Assembly (NCBI GenBank): GCA_022360855.1
Contig: JAKSBY010000558.1
Coordinates: forward strand, 1,817-65,816
Source of the DNA: Sphingomonadales bacterium
Lineage (GTDB): Bacteria; Pseudomonadota; Alphaproteobacteria; Sphingomonadales; JAKSBY01
DNA length: 64,000 nucleotides
Direction of reading: 5' to 3'
Part shown: positions 35,215 to 44,712 of the stretch, in pieces
Position numbering within the stretch: position 1 is the stretch's first letter
Layout: the number at the start of each line of letters is the position of its first letter
The notes under the pieces: generated by a model
Databases searched by the model: none
What the model was told of the DNA's origin: nothing
The model's input: only the letters and a program-made list of their open reading frames with translations
Position numbers and translations under genes: made by a program

Positions 35215-36166
35215 CGTGCTCGTCTCTTGGACTTCGTATGTTGATGCACCGCCACGTCGATCACTCGGAAGGCATCCATAAGCCAAGCGGGCTGGTCGGC
35301 AACGCCGCCGGCCTCGGGCAGCAACCGCGGCTGCATCATCCCGCCCCGGCAGTGGCTCCAGAAGTTGACGACCGCCCAGATTTCCTGCGGGATTTGGTGT
35401 TTCGGGTTCGTTTCGAACCCTTCGCCGAGGATTTCCCAGCCCGGGCCGCCGTCCGCCGGGGTTTCGCCGCCTTCGTAGTCTCCGGGCTCGAGGAAGACGA
35501 CGGCGGCGTTTCGAAGTTTTTTGCCTGATCCTTGTTCACGTGCAGCTTCGACCACATGAAGAGGCCGGCATCGTCGAGATCGTCCTGGTCCACCGCGTCG
35601 ATCAAGGCAAGCGGAAGTGAGCGGCCAGGATCGCGGACACCATCGGGGATGCCGTCGATATTCTCCCAGCCCACGAGGAAGCTGAGGAACGCCTGGATTT
35701 GCGAGACCCGCAGATAGTAGTTGTTATCAGCCTTGGCCTCAGCGAGAGGCTGATATTGCTTGATGAGGTCAATCTCAAGCTCGTCGATCTCCTCAGAGAG
35801 TGGGCCGTATTGCTCGACAAGCGCGCTTGATTCCGCCTTCATGCCGTCCTCATCACCCCGCCGGGCCGCATCGACGAGCGACTTCCGGGCCTCCATAAGG
35901 TCTTCCTCGACCTCGTCCCACCTATCGAGCTTGGCCAGCCAGTAATCGTGCTGGTCAGGCACCAACACGGCCCTCACGCCCTCGCGGCGCAAGTCCTTCA
36001 ACCGCTCCCGCGTGTGGTACACCGTGCCGCGGCGCGCCACCTGGCGAGTGTAATCCTCGCGCTCGAAAAGGTCCGGAACCTTGAAGATGAAGACCGGGGA
36101 GCCTTCAGCGTCCTTGTAGCGGGCCGGCGTGTGCCTCAGCCGCTCTCGGGTCGAGATCTGTGTCAT
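35211..36166 (-). CDS. Tail assembly chaperone GT-like fusion made by -1 programmed frameshift
   Basis: The -1 frame ORF (35211-35555) overlaps the 3' part of the G frame and has good composition (…VVFLEPGDYEGGETPADGGPGWEILGEGFETNPKHQIPQEIW…). The slip heptamer lies at 35522-35516. Confidence 0.6.
35336..36166 (-). CDS. Tail assembly chaperone, G-like (zero-frame product)
   Basis: MTQISTRERLRHTPARYKD…. Its position between the major tail and tape measure genes matches lambda gpG. After the slip site, the zero frame continues as a low-complexity Ser/Lys/Arg tail. Confidence 0.65.
   Translation of the reverse strand: MTQISTRERLRHTPARYKDAEGSPVFIFKVPDLFEREDYTRQVARRGTVYHTRERLKDLRREGVRAVLVPDQHDYWLAKLDRWDEVEEDLMEARKSLVDAARRGDEDGMKAESSALVEQYGPLSEEIDELEIDLIKQYQPLAEAKADNNYYLRVSQIQAFLSFLVGWENIDGIPDGVRDPGRSLPLALIDAVDQDDLDDAGLFMWSKLHVNKDQAKNFETPPSSSSSPETTKAAKPRRTAARAGKSSAKGSKRTRNTKSRRKSGRSSTSGATAGAG
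35516..35522 (-). promoter_or_regulatory. Slippery heptamer A AAA AAC (-1 ribosomal frameshift site)
   Basis: Minus strand reads CAG GCA AAA AAC TTC in the G frame. I checked both frames arithmetically against the ORF coordinates: 36166-35521=645 and 35555-35522=33. Confidence 0.6.
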
Positions 36167-36254
36167 CCATCACCTCGTCTGGAAAGGATGCGGTGGCCGG
36201 CCGTCCAGACCAGCCGGCCACCGCCGACAGGCGCCCGGGTCAGCCCGTCGCCAC

Positions 36255-36292
36255 TGAAAAGGCCCCGGCGCGCGTCTGGACGCGCCGGGGCC
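36255..36292 (-). terminator. Rho-independent terminator after the secreted-protein moron
   Basis: 12-bp perfect GC stem ggccccggcgcg / cgcgccggggcc with an 8-nt loop. It is followed on the minus strand by TTTTC, 48 nt downstream of the stop at 36340. Confidence 0.6.
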
Positions 36293-36339
36293 TCGGTTTA
36301 ATTGTAGATTTGCCGCCTAGGCGGCGACGGGAACCCTCA

Positions 36340-36795
36340 TCACCGTACCAACTCGATGAGTTTCGCCGCGCCGGTGGTGTCTATAAGGAAGATTTCGGAT
36401 TCCCAATCGGGCATGCCGAAGAACTGAACCTCGAAAGAGGGCTTCGACCTTATGTTCTCTACGATCAGATCTGCGCGGACATACTCAATCAGACATACGC
36501 CCAGTTCGCATTTCGCGCCGGTCTCGAAGGGATCGGGTCCCGGAAACTTGAATTTGACGTAGTCAACCCCGCTGCTTTCGGAGCCGGCGGTCACAATGTG
36601 CCCACCAGAACCATCCGAAGACACGACTACAGTGATCGAACTTGACCGGACCGAATAGCGCGTGAAGCAGACCTCGCCAATAACCGGCGCCTCCTCACAA
36701 CGGAAACGCCACTTTGATTCCGGCTCCGAACTGGCGACCGATGCAGACAAAAATAGCCACGAAATGCCCAAAAGCGACTTCAGAACCCCATCCAT
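36340..36795 (-). CDS. Secreted hypothetical protein, moron between the major tail and chaperone genes
   Basis: ATG 6 nt after GGAGG. Signal peptide MDGVLKSLLGISWLFLSASVASS. About 52% GC on a sampled line, against about 65% in neighbouring genes. It has its own terminator. Confidence 0.6.
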   Translation of the reverse strand: MDGVLKSLLGISWLFLSASVASSEPESKWRFRCEEAPVIGEVCFTRYSVRSSSITVVVSSDGSGGHIVTAGSESSGVDYVKFKFPGPDPFETGAKCELGVCLIEYVRADLIVENIRSKPSFEVQFFGMPDWESEIFLIDTTGAAKLIELVR

Positions 36796-36846
36796 CCTCA
36801 ACCTCCACACCGCATGGTGGCCGAGTCGGCGGCGCCGGTCAACCGG

Positions 36847-37998
36847 CTAGAAGAAGCAGAGAAACGCCCCGGAGTCGGCGCCGGTGGCGCGGTAGGGCGT
36901 CTGATCGACGACAATGCCTTCGCGGTCCGGCTCCTCGTAGCCGGTGAACTGCGCGGCCGGTACCGTGCAGGCGATGCGGTTGCCGGCGGTCGAACCCAAA
37001 AGCGCCGCCATGTTGTGCGTTCCGCCGGCGCGCACCTCGGCGAGCGCATTGCGAGTCGCCACAAGGGTTGCAGACGGATCGATCTGTCCGCCCCACTCCC
37101 GGGCGGTTGCTTCCGGCGGATCGAAGCCCTCGTTGTTCTCGGGGTTGTCCGGATCCGCGAGCGTAATCCCGTCATTCAGGGTCAGGGTGTTGACCTTGAT
37201 GATCTTGCCGTCGAGGCGCGAAAGCCCACCCTTCCAGATCGGCGTTGTCGCGTTCGTGATCGTGACGCTCGGGACCGCCTCGTCTTCCGGATCGGCAACC
37301 AGCACGCCCCGGAACTGGAAGCTCAGCCGAAGCACGCCCGCGGCCGTAAAGGTCGTGGAGACCGTGCCCTTGCAGTCCTTCAGCCGGAACTTCCGGCCGT
37401 CACGCCAGAAATGGATCGTGCAGACCTTGAGCGAAGTCGACGCCGGCCGGTAGAGGACGTTCGGCAGCACCTGGTAGCTTGTGGTGGCGATCAGCGACGC
37501 GCCCACGTCCTTGGTGATCTTGGCGTTTTTGGAGGTGTCGTAATCCCAGATCGTCACCAGATCCTGCACCGCGCCGGTGAGGTCGAGCGGCATGCCGCGG
37601 TAGATCTGCGCGGTGGTGGACGCGCTCGCGCCGAGCACGGCCATCACCTGGCTGCCGCCGGCCGCCAGCGCCTCGGGCGAAGCCGGGACCGCCGTCGCGG
37701 TGATGATCTCGCTCATCGCGCAACAGACCAGCGCATCACCATAGGGCGGCGGCGTGCCCGCCGTGCCGGAGGCCCGGCCGATCACGTCGAAATTGATCCC
37801 CGCCTTCATGCCGCCGATGATCGGAGCCGACCTGTCGAGCGAGCCGGATCCCTCGTTCGTCTGCGTGATCTGCGGATCGAAGGTCATCCGGGCATTCTCA
37901 ACCGAGAAGGCGTCGTCCGCCGGCGTGATCGTCTCCTCCGTGCCAACCGCAGCCTGTACTTCCAGCGCCACCAAATTGTTCTGCGCGCGCAGCACCAT
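36847..37998 (-). CDS. Major tail (tube) protein
   Basis: 383-aa beta-rich protein at the lambda gpV position, upstream of G/GT and the tape measure. Confidence 0.75.
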   Translation of the reverse strand: MVLRAQNNLVALEVQAAVGTEETITPADDAFSVENARMTFDPQITQTNEGSGSLDRSAPIIGGMKAGINFDVIGRASGTAGTPPPYGDALVCCAMSEIITATAVPASPEALAAGGSQVMAVLGASASTTAQIYRGMPLDLTGAVQDLVTIWDYDTSKNAKITKDVGASLIATTSYQVLPNVLYRPASTSLKVCTIHFWRDGRKFRLKDCKGTVSTTFTAAGVLRLSFQFRGVLVADPEDEAVPSVTITNATTPIWKGGLSRLDGKIIKVNTLTLNDGITLADPDNPENNEGFDPPEATAREWGGQIDPSATLVATRNALAEVRAGGTHNMAALLGSTAGNRIACTVPAAQFTGYEEPDREGIVVDQTPYRATGADSGAFLCFF

Positions 37999-38000
37999 GA

Positions 38001-38300
38001 TCAGGTCTCCTCGCTCTCAGGGGTTGAACCGGCGTTCAGGGCCGCCTGCGCGGCCTTGATGCGCTCGGCCTCGGCCTCGCGCGCCTTCGCGACCTCTTCC
38101 TCCCGACGTGTCGAAGCGGCCTTTGCCTCCTCGGCCTCGTGCTCGGCCTGGAGCTCCGGATCCGTGTAGCAGCGGCCGCCGGCTTGCGGCCCGGTCCAAT
38201 CGCGTTCGGCCGGCTTCTCGCCGGCGGCCGTCTCGGGCTGTGCCTCGAGCGCGGCCGTGGGTGCCTCCGGCTTCGCGCCGGCAGTCTTGGCTTTCGCCAT
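38001..38300 (-). CDS. Hypothetical Ala/Glu-rich protein (99 aa)
   Basis: Short ORF between the tail-terminator-like and major tail genes. Several alternative shadow ORFs exist in this stretch. Confidence 0.4.
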   Translation of the reverse strand: MAKAKTAGAKPEAPTAALEAQPETAAGEKPAERDWTGPQAGGRCYTDPELQAEHEAEEAKAASTRREEEVAKAREAEAERIKAAQAALNAGSTPESEET

Positions 38301-38310
38301 TTTGGGTCTC

Positions 38311-38757
38311 CTAGGTTTCCGAAGGTGTCTTGAAGGGATCGCCGCGGTGAGTCTGGAACCGCACCGTGAAGTCGACCACGAAGGTGGCTTCCGGCACCTC
38401 CCCCTTGTCCTGGATCATCGGCTCGAAGCCGTCGTCGACCAGGTCGTAGCACAGCCCGCCGAGCGTAACATCCTCATCGAGCTTGACGACGATCTCACCA
38501 TAGAGTGTCAGCATCTCGGTGGTCAGATCCTTGGCCTCGTCGGGCTTGGCGATGCCCACAATATGGACTTTCGCATCGTAGTTGCTGAAGCCCGTTTCCC
38601 TGTCCGCGCGGGCCATCTCACCGGCATTGACCGAAATCGACCGGTCACCGACCTGTTCGGCGTCCGGGTTGAGTACCACAGTCGCATTCTTGAGGTTGCC
38701 GAGCGCCGCCTCGATTGCCACGAGGATCCGCTCGTAGACGGTCTTATCGGCCATCAC
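38311..38757 (-). CDS. Tail terminator / tail completion-like protein
   Basis: 148 aa at the gpU-like position. Overlaps the upstream gene by 4 nt. Confidence 0.5.
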   Translation of the reverse strand: MMADKTVYERILVAIEAALGNLKNATVVLNPDAEQVGDRSISVNAGEMARADRETGFSNYDAKVHIVGIAKPDEAKDLTTEMLTLYGEIVVKLDEDVTLGGLCYDLVDDGFEPMIQDKGEVPEATFVVDFTVRFQTHRGDPFKTPSET

Positions 38758-39077
38758 CGCGACTCCGCAATCCGGAGATGAGCCTGCCAGAACTGTCCAA
38801 CTGCGCCGCGAACCGGCTCCCCGACGATCAGAAAGACCCGACCATCGGAAAGCTCGAACTCATCACCCTTGCAGGGTGACGCGACCTTGTCGGCGCCGAA
38901 CAGTGCCTGCACTTCCGCCTTGATCGTCCTGGCGGGGCCGAGTTCGATCGAGCTTTCCGACCTCATGACCTGGACCCGGCACGGGATCGCATCGCCGCCT
39001 TGACCGCTACGGTAGCTGGCGGCGAAGACCCCCGGCCCGTCCAGAGGCAGAAACTGGTCGCTGTCGACGGTCGGCAC
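38754..39077 (-). CDS. Head-tail joining / head closure-like protein
   Basis: 107 aa, positioned between the capsid genes and the tail terminator. Confidence 0.5.
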   Translation of the reverse strand: MPTVDSDQFLPLDGPGVFAASYRSGQGGDAIPCRVQVMRSESSIELGPARTIKAEVQALFGADKVASPCKGDEFELSDGRVFLIVGEPVRGAVGQFWQAHLRIAESR

Positions 39078-39086
39078 GGCGGGTCG

Positions 39087-39536
39087 CTACGCCTTGGGCG
39101 GCTCTTTCAAAGGCGGATCATCCTTCTTGCCACCGTCATCTGCTTTGGCGCCGTTGCTCTCGCCTGCATCGCTCTCTTTGGCGGCCACGGCCTTCTCGAG
39201 AGCGGCGATCTTCGCATTGGCGGCGGCGAGCTCGGCCCGCAGGCCCGTGACGTCGGCGGCCGTCTCCGGCGCCGATACCGGGGCCGGTCCGGGTAGCGCG
39301 CCGATCGCGTCCTCCGCGCGGCCGATGGCCCCGCGGGCCTGAAGCCTCAAGAACTCCTCCTTGCCCCCCACATCGGCGGGCTTGACGGGATCTCCGGGCT
39401 TGATCTGGCGTCGGGACTTGGCCGTACCGGCCGATATCGCCTCCAAGGCCACACAGTCTTGCGGCGCCGCGGAGGACGGAGTTTTGGGTGCTGATTTGGT
39501 GACCGCCGCACCCTCGGTCTTCTTGGTGACTGGCAT
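39087..39536 (-). CDS. Hypothetical phage protein
   Basis: From MPVTKKTEGAAV…, with ATG preceded by GAAGGAA. Ala/Pro-rich with a coiled segment. Confidence 0.45.
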   Translation of the reverse strand: MPVTKKTEGAAVTKSAPKTPSSAAPQDCVALEAISAGTAKSRRQIKPGDPVKPADVGGKEEFLRLQARGAIGRAEDAIGALPGPAPVSAPETAADVTGLRAELAAANAKIAALEKAVAAKESDAGESNGAKADDGGKKDDPPLKEPPKA

Positions 39537-39617
39537 TTTCAGTTCCTTCGTGTCTGGCGAACGGCGCGGCCGTGGCCGGGCCGTTCGCAATGGCGGGTTT
39601 GATCAACCGAAGCGCGG

Positions 39618-40640
39618 CTAGCGGACGGTGGCGCGCAACGTGCCGTTGATGCGCTTAGGCACCAGGATCGGAGCCGATTGCGTCATCAGGTAGCGAATGC
39701 CCGGATCGTCTTTCACCCAACTCTTGGGGAAAAACTGTTGCGCCATCAGCGACTGATCGTCGAGAATCGCCCCATGGGCCTTGATCCCGTCGACCGCGCC
39801 AGGCGCGCCGACAATCACCGTATTCTCGGGTATCAGCTTCTGCGTCGCACCCGCATCGTCCTTGTACTTGTCATTGTAGACATAGATCTGAACGTCCCCG
39901 AGAAAACCCTTGAAAATCGGGCTTCCCGGCGCGCCGGGTTGGAATCCAAGCTCTATGGAAGAAACACCGCCGCGACGGATATCCAGCTTCTTTTCCAGCT
40001 TGGTATCAGCGCTGAAATAGCCCCACGCCAGCTTGTCCATAACCACAACGTTCGGAGCGGCGCCCACCTCTTCGGCAACATCCTCGGCCCAGCCCTCCAC
40101 GTCATCCACCGGCGACACGCCGGTCTCCCCCCAGCGCGCGGCGCCGGAAAGCGTCTTGCTCAGCGCGGCGGCGCGGCCGAAGTTCACCACCACGGTGGGA
40201 TACTGCGGGCCGGAAATAGTCATCGCGCCGGTGCGAACCAATTCGGAGGCCATCACCTCAAGGCGGCGATCATAACGCGTCCGGTGCCGCACCAATAACT
40301 CGGCAATCTTGCGGGCGAGACGTTGTTCGGGGCTCAGGTCTCCACCGATACGCTCACCCGGCGCGCGCCGCAGCATCTGATCGGGCCGGATGGTATTCTT
40401 GGGCTTGATATACGCGGGCTTGATCGTCTCCGCATGGTAGCCCACATCCTCCTGCACCTTTCCCTCGACGAGCGGCGAGACAAAGGGTACGAGTTCGAAA
40501 TCGTCGTCGATCCGATCCATGAAAATTTCCTCGGTCGCCGAAGTGGCCATCCCGGGAAAAAACAGGCGAAGCAGGAAGTTGCCGGGGACAAACAAACTGT
40601 TAATCACCGTCAGCATCGCCGTGGTGTTATAGAAATCCAT
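39618..40640 (-). CDS. Major capsid protein, lambda gpE-like family
   Basis: MDFYNTTAMLTVINSLFVPGNFLLRLFFP…FVSPLVEGK…, 340 aa, follows the decoration gene as in lambda. Confidence 0.85.
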   Translation of the reverse strand: MDFYNTTAMLTVINSLFVPGNFLLRLFFPGMATSATEEIFMDRIDDDFELVPFVSPLVEGKVQEDVGYHAETIKPAYIKPKNTIRPDQMLRRAPGERIGGDLSPEQRLARKIAELLVRHRTRYDRRLEVMASELVRTGAMTISGPQYPTVVVNFGRAAALSKTLSGAARWGETGVSPVDDVEGWAEDVAEEVGAAPNVVVMDKLAWGYFSADTKLEKKLDIRRGGVSSIELGFQPGAPGSPIFKGFLGDVQIYVYNDKYKDDAGATQKLIPENTVIVGAPGAVDGIKAHGAILDDQSLMAQQFFPKSWVKDDPGIRYLMTQSAPILVPKRINGTLRATVR

Positions 40641-40709
40641 TGCTTTCTCCTCTGCGCATCAAAAAACCCCGCGCCGAGGCGGGGCCGATGCCTAAGATTC
40701 CGTTGTCGG

Positions 40710-41339
40710 TTAGATGTGGATGCCCTTTACCCTCAGGCCCTCTCGGATGCTTGCGGCCGTGTGCCCGGTTCCGATCGTCAGGTCGCCCTCGACGAAATGG
40801 CCCGCCACGTGGAGCATCGCCTCCTTGTCGCCGCCGGTTGCGTCCGTGTCCTCGACGAGGATTGCGTCCGGATCCTGAGACCCGTCGACGGCCGCTGCTA
40901 GGGACATCTTGTATTTGCCCGTGCCGGAGACCGCGATCGTAAACGTATCGCCGACCGCGAAGTCGGTCGCGCCGTCGGCGATCGTCAGATTGATGTGATC
41001 GCCGGCATAGGCCACGGCGACCGTCAAATCCGGCAGACGCGCGCCGGAGGGTGCCACGACAGAAAACCGCCCCGCATTCGTCGCGGTTTCCACGCAGGTG
41101 AGCGTGTAGGTGCCGACCTCGGCCAGCTTGCCGAGGGTCGCGGTGCCGGGCACGCCGTTTCCCGTATTGCCACCGCCGGCGGTCACGGCCCCGACCGTGT
41201 CTCGGTCCATCTTTCCGAGCACGGTCATGGCCGTGCGGTTTTCGCCCGAAAGCAGGGTCCCCTTGCGGGACACCCTCGGATAGTCCTCATAGCGCCGGTC
41301 GTGCTTTTCCTGCGCCTGGGTAGCATAGCTTGCTGTCAT
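40710..41339 (-). CDS. Head decoration protein (gpD-like C-terminal region)
   Basis: Positioned between the protease and the capsid gene. The C-terminus reads …DPDAILVEDTDATGGDKEAMLHVAGHFVEGDL…. Confidence 0.6.
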   Translation of the reverse strand: MTASYATQAQEKHDRRYEDYPRVSRKGTLLSGENRTAMTVLGKMDRDTVGAVTAGGGNTGNGVPGTATLGKLAEVGTYTLTCVETATNAGRFSVVAPSGARLPDLTVAVAYAGDHINLTIADGATDFAVGDTFTIAVSGTGKYKMSLAAAVDGSQDPDAILVEDTDATGGDKEAMLHVAGHFVEGDLTIGTGHTAASIREGLRVKGIHI

Positions 41340-41379
41340 CTGACGTTCCTTTCCGTATCAGTAGTGCGTCGGCGCGTGC

Positions 41380-42852
41380 CTACGCGTCTCTGGGCTTGAG
41401 ATGCGCGACCGCCGGATTCCCCGAGGCCACCAACTCGCCGAGCATGAACTTGCCGGCCGCCTCCGGGCTGTCGGCCGCCGCCGGACCCCCGGATGCTGCG
41501 GGATCCGGCAGGTTTTCGGAAAGCGCCTCGGCGTCCGCGTCCCGCGCGCGGGACGCGGCCTCGGTGGCGACCCGCTGTTGGGCCAGCACCGTCTGGGCGA
41601 AATCGCCGACCGAATCCCCCGCCTGGATCGCCTTATCGGCCAGGGCCTCGTAGCCCCTGGGGCAAGCATCCCGGATGCCCTTTACCCTTTCGCGCTCGGC
41701 CGCGAGGATTGCGTCGCGGTCCGGTGCTCCGGAAGATGCTGGCGTCGGGGTCTCGGCCCCCGGAGCCTCCGGGGCATTGGTTGCCGCAGCCTGCTGTTCG
41801 GTCTCGGCCGCGGGAGTTTCGCTCTCGTTAGACATTTCGTTCTCCTCTTGGGTTTGAGAGCCCGCCCCTCGGGGCGGCATGGAGGCCATCACCGCGGACG
41901 GCCCGTTAATTTGATCGATAAATTCGGCCAGCGCCTCCGGCCATGGCATCACCTTGTCGGCAAGGCCGGCGTCGACCGCGTCCTGGCCCATGAATACCGC
42001 CCCCTCGGTCGCGTCCACCGCCTCTTCGCTCATGCCACGCAGGGTCGCGACGCGGCGGCGGAACTCGGCGTGCGCGACGTCCAGCTCGGTGGTGAGTTTG
42101 CGCGCGGCTTCGTCGGACAGGGCCTTGAACGGATGGAACTCGGCCTTGCGCGGCGCCGTCTGAAACAGGGTCACCTTTACGCCCAGCTTTTTCAGCCGCG
42201 CCCTGAAATCTGCATGCAGGCACAACACGCCGATCGATCCCACGTCGCCCAGTGTCGGCACGGTGATCTCGTCGGCGGCGGCGGCGATCGCGTAGGCCGC
42301 CGAGGCGGCCATTCCATGGACCATCGCGCGCATGGGCTTCTTCCCGCGGCCGGCGGCGATCGCGTCGACAAGCTCGTTGAGGTCGCGGACCTCGCCGCCC
42401 GGGCTCTCGATATCGAAGACGACCCCCCGCACCTGGTCGGAGGCCATGGCCCGGGCGAATTTGAATCGGATGCCGTCGTAGCCGGTCATGCCCGACCAGG
42501 GATCTAGGCCGTTTTCCATCACGAGGGTGCCACGAATACGAATCACCGCCGCGCCGTCGATCACCTGAAACGGCAGAAACTCTTCCGCCGCGGCTTCCAG
42601 GTCCTCATCGTCATCGTCATCGTCATCGTCAGCGCCGACCTGGACGCGGACGTCCTCCGCAAGGGACTGCAGGTCCGCGAGCGCGAGCGGCACCGGCTCG
42701 CCGCCCTCGCCGGGCACGATCAGCGAGCCGACATTCAACCGCTCGCCAAGCACACCCAGCACGATCTCGGCCTTTTCGGCCGTCACGGCCAACGGCGTGT
42801 TGAAAAGCCGAGCCACGATATCGGCCCGGCTGAATTGGCGCGGCTTAGTCAT
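41380..42852 (-). CDS. S49-family (ClpP-fold) head maturation protease fused to a scaffold-like C-terminus
   Basis: From MTKPRQFSRADIV…. Motifs …VRGVVFDIESPGGEV… and …MAASAAYAIAAAADEI…. Ala/Glu-rich C-terminal 150 aa. 8-nt overlap with the portal stop. Confidence 0.85.
   Translation of the reverse strand: MTKPRQFSRADIVARLFNTPLAVTAEKAEIVLGVLGERLNVGSLIVPGEGGEPVPLALADLQSLAEDVRVQVGADDDDDDDDEDLEAAAEEFLPFQVIDGAAVIRIRGTLVMENGLDPWSGMTGYDGIRFKFARAMASDQVRGVVFDIESPGGEVRDLNELVDAIAAGRGKKPMRAMVHGMAASAAYAIAAAADEITVPTLGDVGSIGVLCLHADFRARLKKLGVKVTLFQTAPRKAEFHPFKALSDEAARKLTTELDVAHAEFRRRVATLRGMSEEAVDATEGAVFMGQDAVDAGLADKVMPWPEALAEFIDQINGPSAVMASMPPRGAGSQTQEENEMSNESETPAAETEQQAAATNAPEAPGAETPTPASSGAPDRDAILAAERERVKGIRDACPRGYEALADKAIQAGDSVGDFAQTVLAQQRVATEAASRARDADAEALSENLPDPAASGGPAAADSPEAAGKFMLGELVASGNPAVAHLKPRDA
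42605..42631 (-). repeat. Hexanucleotide repeat (TCATCG x4) encoding a poly-Asp run
   Basis: The minus strand reads GAC GAT x4, giving DDDDDDDD-ED inside the protease N-terminal region. Confidence 0.9.
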
Positions 42853-44491
42853 TTTGAGATCCCAGCAATGGTGGTGTCGTACTCTCTTCACGCCGCTCGC
42901 GGTGCTCGACGGGCGCTTCCAGGCCGGCATCCACCCGCGCCGTGTGCTCGCGCTTGCGTTCCCGGTGCTTGCGCCAGAAATCCCCGCCGGTCCGCTCCCG
43001 GGTGATCTCGCCGCCAAACTTCCACCCGCGGTCCTCGCAAATCTCGTCGGACCTCGCGTCGCGTAGCGGGTCGAGCGATATGCGCGCGGTTCCGAAGTGC
43101 TGCACCTTGGACCAAAGGCGGCGAACGAGCCTGTCTTCGAAGAATCCCGGCATGGCGTAGCGGCCGCGCATCACCTGTTCGGCAAGCCAGTAGTGGTAGA
43201 CGAAGTCGCAGTGCCCTCGGGCCAACCAGCCGCGCGACTTCATAACCCACTGCCAGAATATTTCGATCGACCCGCGAACCGGCACATAGTTGTTGGAGAA
43301 CGACAACATCAGCACTTCGTAGGGCATTTCGATCGCCGCGCCGATCTGCTTGACGATGGAGATGAAGAACGGATCGAACTCCGGGTTCGGCCGGCCGAGC
43401 TGCGGCGACGTGACATCGTGGTCCGTCGCCAGCTCCAGGACCGTACCGCTCTGGAACCCGGTTTTGCTGACCGCCAGCTTCCCGGCCGGGTCCTGCCTGG
43501 CCGCCTCCTCCGCGGCGGCCGACTCTCTTTCGAACGGGTTCGGCAGTGCCGCGCCCTGCGGCGATTTATAGATGAGCGCCACCATGGAGGCCAAGATCGC
43601 CGCGAAAAGCTCGGCGCGGCTCAGGTCGCTGACCTGCTTGAGCTGCTCCAGCACCGGCGCCAGCACCGGAACGCCGCGCGTCTGCTCCGGATCGGTCATG
43701 AAGTACACGTGATTGACTTGGCGCTGCCCTGACGGCGAAAACTTCGGCACCCGCACCCATTCCTTGCGGAAATCCAGCTGCACGTCGCAGGGATGCTTTC
43801 TCAGCATGTGATAGGCGATCGGCGCGGCGATCCGGTCCATCTCCACGCCGGCGACGATCCGATCGCCGCGGTCGTTTATCCGCTGACCCTCGAAATGATG
43901 ATCGGGAGTCGACACGCGGTCGGCCTCGAACAGCGCGAAGCTCGTCGTGTGCTCGCGGCCCTGCTGGTCGCGCGCCATCACGTGGACGGGGAAAATATCC
44001 CCCGACTTGGCCGTCGCGCGGAAAACGATGTCCTGTTGATCGTATCCCGTGCAGCGCTGGCTCGCGTCCGGATCCGTCGAAGACAGGTAGGCGTCGTAAT
44101 CCTCGGCGATCTCCTGTTCGAGCTCTTCGGCTTGACTCTCGCTCAAGCCGAGACGATCGGCGTTCAACTCCGGGTGCGCTTTCAGGCCCGTGCCCACCAC
44201 GCTCGTCGCCTGCCGGCCGATGGCCGCGGCGGCGATCGGGTGATTGCGCGCCGAATCGCGGCTGCGGGACCGCACCGCGTCCATGTCCGGCACATAGGCG
44301 GCATCCGCGCTCATCGGATCCGGAGCCCAGCGGCCGAAGATCCTGTTGAGCGCGCCACCGGCGCGGTATCCGCCGCCCGTCAACAGATTGGTCGACGCGC
44401 GCGCCGAGACGCGGCGGTACTCCGCCACTGGCGAGAACACGCCAATGATGCGGTCCATCACCGTCCGGCGCGCCGTGACTGGCAGGTTCAT
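42845..44491 (-). CDS. Portal protein, lambda family
   Basis: From MNLPVTARRTVMDRIIGVFSPVAEYRR…, about 548 aa. Lies between the gpW-like and protease genes. ATGA overlap with the gpW-like stop. Confidence 0.9.
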   Translation of the reverse strand: MNLPVTARRTVMDRIIGVFSPVAEYRRVSARASTNLLTGGGYRAGGALNRIFGRWAPDPMSADAAYVPDMDAVRSRSRDSARNHPIAAAAIGRQATSVVGTGLKAHPELNADRLGLSESQAEELEQEIAEDYDAYLSSTDPDASQRCTGYDQQDIVFRATAKSGDIFPVHVMARDQQGREHTTSFALFEADRVSTPDHHFEGQRINDRGDRIVAGVEMDRIAAPIAYHMLRKHPCDVQLDFRKEWVRVPKFSPSGQRQVNHVYFMTDPEQTRGVPVLAPVLEQLKQVSDLSRAELFAAILASMVALIYKSPQGAALPNPFERESAAAEEAARQDPAGKLAVSKTGFQSGTVLELATDHDVTSPQLGRPNPEFDPFFISIVKQIGAAIEMPYEVLMLSFSNNYVPVRGSIEIFWQWVMKSRGWLARGHCDFVYHYWLAEQVMRGRYAMPGFFEDRLVRRLWSKVQHFGTARISLDPLRDARSDEICEDRGWKFGGEITRERTGGDFWRKHRERKREHTARVDAGLEAPVEHRERREESTTPPLLGSQND

Positions 44492-44712
44492 TCGGCGATC
44501 TCCAAAAGCCGGGCCTTGGCCTTCACCACGGATTCCCCCGTGATCCCCGACAGAATGTTCGACCAATAGGTGACGCCCTTGCGCACGTCATCAAGCTTGG
44601 CTCTGACCATGCGCTGACCCTCCACCTCGAGTTCCTGCTGCCCGGTCAGGATGTCGGCTTCCGCCTTCAGGTAGTGAGCGAGCTGGGTCTCGGCTTGTTC
44701 CTTGGTGATCAT
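44488..44712 (-). CDS. gpW-like head-tail joining protein
   Basis: 74-aa helical protein between the large terminase and the portal, as in lambda. Confidence 0.55.
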   Translation of the reverse strand: MITKEQAETQLAHYLKAEADILTGQQELEVEGQRMVRAKLDDVRKGVTYWSNILSGITGESVVKAKARLLEIAE

